A stretch of DNA of 64,000 bases from contig NC_068982.1 in assembly GCF_001194135.2 (NCBI RefSeq), positions 86,117,692 to 86,181,691 on the forward strand, written 5' to 3'. The notes under the pieces were generated by a model that worked only from the letters and a program-made list of their open reading frames with translations, was not told the DNA's origin and searched no databases. The translations under genes and the position numbers were made by a program. The stretch comes from Octopus bimaculoides (taxonomy: Eukaryota). Positions 61,290-64,000 of the stretch are shown piece by piece (position 1 is the stretch's first letter; each line of letters begins with the position of its first letter).

Positions 61290-62732
61290 AATACACGTGA
61301 ATATCATTTCATAGAAGTTAAAAAAGTTAAAATTAATACGAATAAAAATTAATACGGAAGGAGTAAAAATTTCAAATATATAATATAATATAAGTCGATA
61401 TAGTAAAATAAAATGACATGAAGAAATGAGGTACCATAAAGTAGTCTATCGGTTGAAAAAACAAGGACAGAAGTGATTTAACACCACTTAGAATTAAAAG
61501 TTCAAAGTTCTTCAACTCCCTCGGGCACATTTCACACCTCAAAACCAGTAGACACCAAAAAGGCAAGTTTGCACCAATCCGGCACACACAAGAGCAAACA
61601 ACAGGCACCCAGCAGGTATCAGCAGGCAAAGTTCAATTCCGTTCACCACACATGAGTCAAAAACAGTTACAGCACACCACAGGTATCGATCAGTAAAAAC
61701 AATTTCACGAATTTCATACAATACCTATGGCCATTTCGGAGGTACACCACTGTATTTCAAAACACAATAGAGTGTAAATTGGTGATGACCCCCTCATCAG
61801 GGTAAACACACGTACAAAGTCAAGACATGCACAAGGGAAAAAAGAGAAAATGATTTCTATAAAGAGCAAATATATATAAACAAAATGGACCAGCCTATGT
61901 AAATAATTGGAGGATTCAAAAAAAAAAAAAAAAAAAAAAAGGTGCCGTTTTAGAATAGCCAAACAAGCTGCAGTATCAAAACCAATCTACAAGGTTTCAA
62001 TTCACCCTAACGTAAACTATTACACTTGTTATTATTTATTACTTTTAAACTTATTTTTATCTCTATACAATTTCAGGAAGGTGGAGGAAAACTTATGGTT
62101 GCAGAAAGGGACTACCTCAGTGAACTTATTCAGGGTTTTTGGTTCAAAAAACCTGAGAATCACAAGGAATTCCCTAATACATAAAGAACATTTGCTAATA
62201 TTTGTCTTAAAGTATGGGGCCCTCACTATAATAGATCATTCAAGAGAGTACTTTATCTTCTTCTTGAGGTCATGTAGATAAGAGGCGAGTGTGGTAGAGT
62301 TACTGTATTTTTCCAATGAAAACGAACTCATATGCGCTCTATATCTAGCCTTAAAGTTCTTCGTACTTCCTATATAGAACCTATCTAGTTTGTTCTTATC
62401 CCTGACGGTGCACTTATATATCACATTTGTACATAAACAGAGCCCTCCCAAAGGACATAATAGAGGGTCAGGGGCTCTACAATTACATAATTTACATTGG
62501 CCACCTCTAATTTTATTTAACTTAGTTTTTTTCAGTTTCATGTTATCGGTTGAAACAATATATTCGTGTATAAAAATTTTATACTATATGATATATTTTT
62601 ATTGCATTATTTTTCTTGCGTTATTTCTCCTTATTCCTTATGTTTGACAGATTATGCTGTATTTCTTATATATGTTCATTGAGGGAGTGTGAGATGTTGA
62701 GTCGTTAACCCAGTCTTTTTATTCTTTAACTA

Positions 62733-62745
<13 letters not shown>
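61290..62745 (-). mobile_element. Naiad-type Penelope-like element 3' end (GIY-YIG plus pLTR)
   Basis: CNCRAPDPLLCPLGGLC..NVIYKCTV..FYIGSTKNFKARYRAH..SF..TTLASYLHDLK, then past an in-frame TGA: SII..CSLCIRE..LNKFTEVVPFCNH. Begins next to (TA)n. Confidence 0.88.
61722..61804 (-). ncRNA. Type I hammerhead ribozyme, canonical core
   Basis: UACC-CUGAUGA-GGGGGU CAUCAC..GUGGUG U ACCUCC-GAAA-UGGCCAU-A-GGUA. Stem I UACC/GGUA, 12-bp bulged stem II, palindromic AUGGCCAU stem III, AUA triplet. Confidence 0.85.
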
Positions 62746-62776
<31 letters not shown>

Positions 62777-62780
62777 TACA

Positions 62781-63641
62781 TACGTGGTATAATCAATAAG
62801 TAGCCAAACTGTTACTATAGTAAGGAAACTAAAACCGCTTGGCACAAACTAACCTTGATCTCTGCTGTGCATGTCCACTAAGTTTTAATGTTCTAGCTCA
62901 CTTCTGCTGTTTACAGAAGTGCTTGGAAGAAAGGTATGTAGCATGTGATCATCGAATTGACAATGACAGAGAAAGTTGAGCAGAAAATCTACATCAAATT
63001 TTGCGAAAAGCTTGGCGATACCTGCTCAGAGGCCTACACAAAGTTTTCGAAAAGTTTTCATCGTTCTCAACACAATCAAAGAGATCTTCTACAACTGAAA
63101 CCCAAGTGTCTTGCAGTTTTGGCACAAATTTGGTAGACATACGTCTCATACCCAAATCTTCAATGATAATGAACTGATCTGAACTGTAACTAATCTGCAC
63201 ATCCTCTGACAACTCAAGGACTGTGATTCGATGAATTCCCCTCACAGCTGCATGCACATCTGCGATATTTTTCTCAGTTGCAGGTCTTCCAGAATGTTCG
63301 TCAATATCAACGTTTTTTTGGCTATCTTGGAAATGTTTGAACCACTTGTGCACTTGTGTGCGGCTCCTACATTCCTCTCCATTCACTTTCTGCAACTTTG
63401 CATAGGCCTCTGAGCAGGTATCACCATGATAACTTTCTCTGTCATGGTCAATGCGATGATCACAAGCTATATACCTTCCTTCCAAGCACTGCTGTAAACA
63501 GCAGCAGTGAGCTAGAACATTAAAACTTAGCATGCATGCACAGCAGAAGTTAAGGTCAATCTGTGCCAAGCGGCTTCACTCTGTATGCTTTAGCTTTGTT
63601 CCTATGGCAATAGTCTGAATACCTATTGATCAGACCTTGTA
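62781..63641. mobile_element. mariner derivative made of two inverted 5' ends (same family as 13899-15099)
   Basis: Plus arm 62781-63043: TIR, UTR, MTEKVEQKIYIKFCEKLGDTCSEAYTK. Minus arm 63641-63044: TIR, UTR, transposase to ENDENFSK. Confidence 0.85.
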
Positions 63642-63689
63642 TTTGTAAAAGTAGGATCCAAGGATCAATTTAGGATATACATCATTATC

Positions 63690-63985
63690 ATCATCATCAT
63701 CATCATCATTTAATGTCCGCTTTCCATGCTAGCATGGGTTGGACGATTTGACTGAGGTCTGGTGAACCAGATGGCTACACCAGGCTCCAATCTGATTTGG
63801 CAGAGTTTCTACAGATGGATGCTCTTCCTAACGCCAACCACTCCGAGAGTGTAGTGGGTGCTTTTATGTGCCACCAGCACGAAGGCCAGTCAGGAGGTAC
63901 TTGCAACGGCCACTCTCAAAATGGTGTATTTTACCTGCCACCTGCACAGGAGCCAGTCCAGCGGCACTGGCAACGATTTTGCTTT
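63690..63985 (-). mobile_element. RTE 3' UTR or RTE-tail SINE with (GAT)n tail
   Basis: Reverse complement of 13060-13332, with (CAT)n at about 63685-63710. Confidence 0.88.
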
Positions 63986-64000
63986 TATGTCTTTACATGT

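Overview
AT-rich animal genomic DNA from a gapped draft assembly (long N runs beside microsatellites). The repeat families resemble those I associate with octopus; that assignment is an inference. Most of the window is decayed, often nested mobile elements: R4/Dong-like and RTE LINEs, Penelope-like elements (Neptune and Naiad types), two Gypsy LTR fragments, mariner, Tc1, DD37D, hAT and piggyBac remnants, and many tRNA-derived SINEs. These lie largely in the introns of an unidentified multi-exon gene on the minus strand. Its best-supported exons are 47569-47643, 30999-31228, 20625-20672, 7298-7328 and a probable last coding exon at 4904-5059. The most notable non-coding structures are four hammerhead-ribozyme-like motifs tied to Penelope pLTRs: a canonical-core copy at 61722-61804, near-intact or variant copies at 24592-24652 and 46981-47017, and a decayed copy at 8858-8896. 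There are also several fold-back structures: a 155-bp near-perfect palindrome, a 137-bp RTE inverted duplication, and a mariner built from two inverted 5' ends. No prokaryotic genes, CRISPR arrays, rRNA or bona fide tRNA genes were seen. All motif and fold calls were made by eye, and element boundaries are approximate unless a terminus is quoted.
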